From: Octopus sinensis | Lineage: Eukaryota | Assembly (NCBI RefSeq): GCF_006345805.1 | Contig: NC_043004.1 | Location: forward strand, 31,496,001 to 31,560,000 | Direction of reading: 5' to 3' | Length of the DNA stretch: 64,000 nt | Shown here: positions 62,410-64,000 of the stretch, piece by piece | How the letters are laid out: every line of letters begins with the position of its first letter | Position numbering within the stretch: the first letter of the stretch is position 1 | Made by a program: the position numbers and the translations under genes | The notes under the pieces: model-generated | Databases searched by the model: none | What the model was told of the DNA's origin: nothing | What the model saw: only the letters and a program-made list of their open reading frames with translations

Positions 62410-63879
62410 AAACATACATAAATACATGCATATAAGCACAGACACAAAAAATATATACAGAGAGAGAGAGAGAGGGAGACAGAGAGAGAAAGTATCATGT
62501 ATACGTTTTGAGTTGCAAGGATTTCATAGGTTTCAAACTATCATTAGAATACTGCAGCAGGCAGATGTATTGAGAACTGAATGTGAGAGTTTATGAAGTT
62601 AATGAAACTTGTTACACGACAGCTTAATTTACTCAGCGAAAATCAATCAATGAGAATTTGAACATTTTACTGGGAAAAGCTTGTGAAACAAAACGTATAA
62701 CTTGTAAATTTATTTGGTTTGCACAATAAAACATGGCCAATATATGCTGTAGATTGAATTCTATTCACTTAAATCTATTTAAACCAATAGGAAGTATTCA
62801 TCATCTAATTTTTCCCCAATTTTATTCAAATGGCATCTTCAATTTATTGAAAGCTGAACATTTCTGTTCCAAAATGCTTTTTCAGAATATTTGCCGTAAA
62901 TTCTTAATTTGATTAAATTTTTTATTTGAGTGCATTTCCAGTGCACACATCCAGTTTGCCTTGGAGCACTCTTTAAATATTTCAACGATATGACAGAGTA
63001 CATTATTCAGCTGAAGTATCTATATTTTCCTGACAGCAAATTGATTTATTGTGCTGAAGTATTTACATTCTCACTAAAGCATTTCCCTTGAATGCTTCGG
63101 AAAAGGTTTGAAAAAATTTTGAAATGAAATGTTACCGGTGGTTGACAATTGTTGGCAAATAAGATCTTGCCAGATAGCCAAATAGCTTGTTTTGGGTTTG
63201 CGGCCTAGAATATAATTTTTAAAGGCTTAGTCAGAGGGAGAAGTGCAGTGCCCACGACTCCTTTCAAGACCTCTGTATTTGGTGAGGTGGAGGGAGGGAA
63301 GGAGGGAGGGAGGAAAAGACCCTTAGACTAGTGACCTGGTTCGATTACTTACAGTGGAAAGGACGTTACTAAAGGCACCCAAGGGATAAGTGGCAATGTT
63401 AAACTAGGCGATGGATTAAGGGTGTCACCTCAAACCAAGAACTACACCGCCTGTAGGCTTTCACTTAGTTTCCATCTACAAAATTTCCTTTGTAGGTTTC
63501 GGCTAAACTGAGATAGTATAGGAGATTTGCTGCCCAATGGGATCGAACCCAAAATTATGTATCGAAGTGAATCTTTTGACTACAAACCCATGTCCTGTTT
63601 TTGGTAACAGCAATACCAGATGTGTTTACAATACTCAAACGTTAGTCATGGGCCTGTGTACAATACTACTATCTCAGTAGAAGGTTAGCAACTGATCAGA
63701 TTTTAAGTAAGTTAGCCTTTCTAATTAAGTTGTTACCTTCAATATTGATGCTAAACCAGCCTCCACATCATTAACTAAGCTGTGTACTTCATGGTTATCT
63801 TTGCAATCACTTAACATTTTAAAACAATTTACCCAATTTATACATGTTATTTATTAATTGATTTTAAATTTTTGACACA

Positions 63880-64000
63880 AGGCTAGCAATTTCAGGATAG
63901 AGGCAAGTCGATTACATCGACCCCAATGCCCATCTCGAACTTATTTTATCAACCCTGAAAGGTAAAATCGACCTCGGCAAAATTTAAACTCAGAACGTAA
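63880..64000 (-). mobile_element. SINE family A, cut by the window edge
   Basis: gtcgattacatcgacccc...ttattttatcaaccctgaaagg...gacctcggc..aatttaaactcagaacgta. Confidence 0.75.

Noticed and set aside
62520-63190. Possible decayed transposase or coding remnant
   Set aside because: All six frames are interrupted and no recognisable motif emerged.
63287-63313. G-quadruplex-like GGGAGGGAAGGAGGGAGGG
   Set aside because: Indistinguishable from the simple purine repeats common in this window.
57656-64000. Search for the GPCR TM1 exon and ectodomain exons
   Set aside because: No minus-strand segment with suitable splice sites and a TM1-like peptide was found; these exons presumably lie beyond the window.

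Overview
AT-rich, microsatellite-dense eukaryotic genomic DNA. It is very probably Octopus or a related coleoid cephalopod (inferred from the SINE/RTE repeat families and (TA)n/(CA)n density). Two spliced genes point tail-to-tail. (1) On the + strand are the last three coding exons of RNase H2 subunit B (2013-2052, 5713-5787, 8846-8941), ending in the PIP-box peptide DKSGMKSISSFF. (2) On the - strand are eight coding exons of a class B1 (secretin-family) GPCR of the CRF/DH44-receptor type (57655 down to 15590), covering ICL1/TM2 to the C-tail, all with GT-AG introns and consistent phases. The TM1 and ectodomain exons were not found and probably lie beyond 64000. None of these exons appears as a complete ORF in the supplied track; almost all other track ORFs are microsatellite or transposon debris. 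The rest is a broad collection of decayed mobile DNA: piggyBac and MITEs, hAT-like, three mariners, a maT/DD37D Tc1, Helitrons, a Gypsy-type solo LTR with TSD, CR1, RTE, R4/Dong, HERO-like and Penelope-like retroelements, and several SINE families. Most worth following up: a minimal hammerhead ribozyme with an intact catalytic core on the sense strand of a GPCR intron (plus three decayed relatives), non-consensus residues in the receptor's conserved polar network, several long near-perfect intronic inverted repeats, and a transposase bracketed by two inward-facing Helitron-like ends. No rRNA, tRNA or CRISPR feature is supported. I see no evidence for a wholly new multi-gene system. All protein and repeat assignments are by-eye motif recognition, not database searches.
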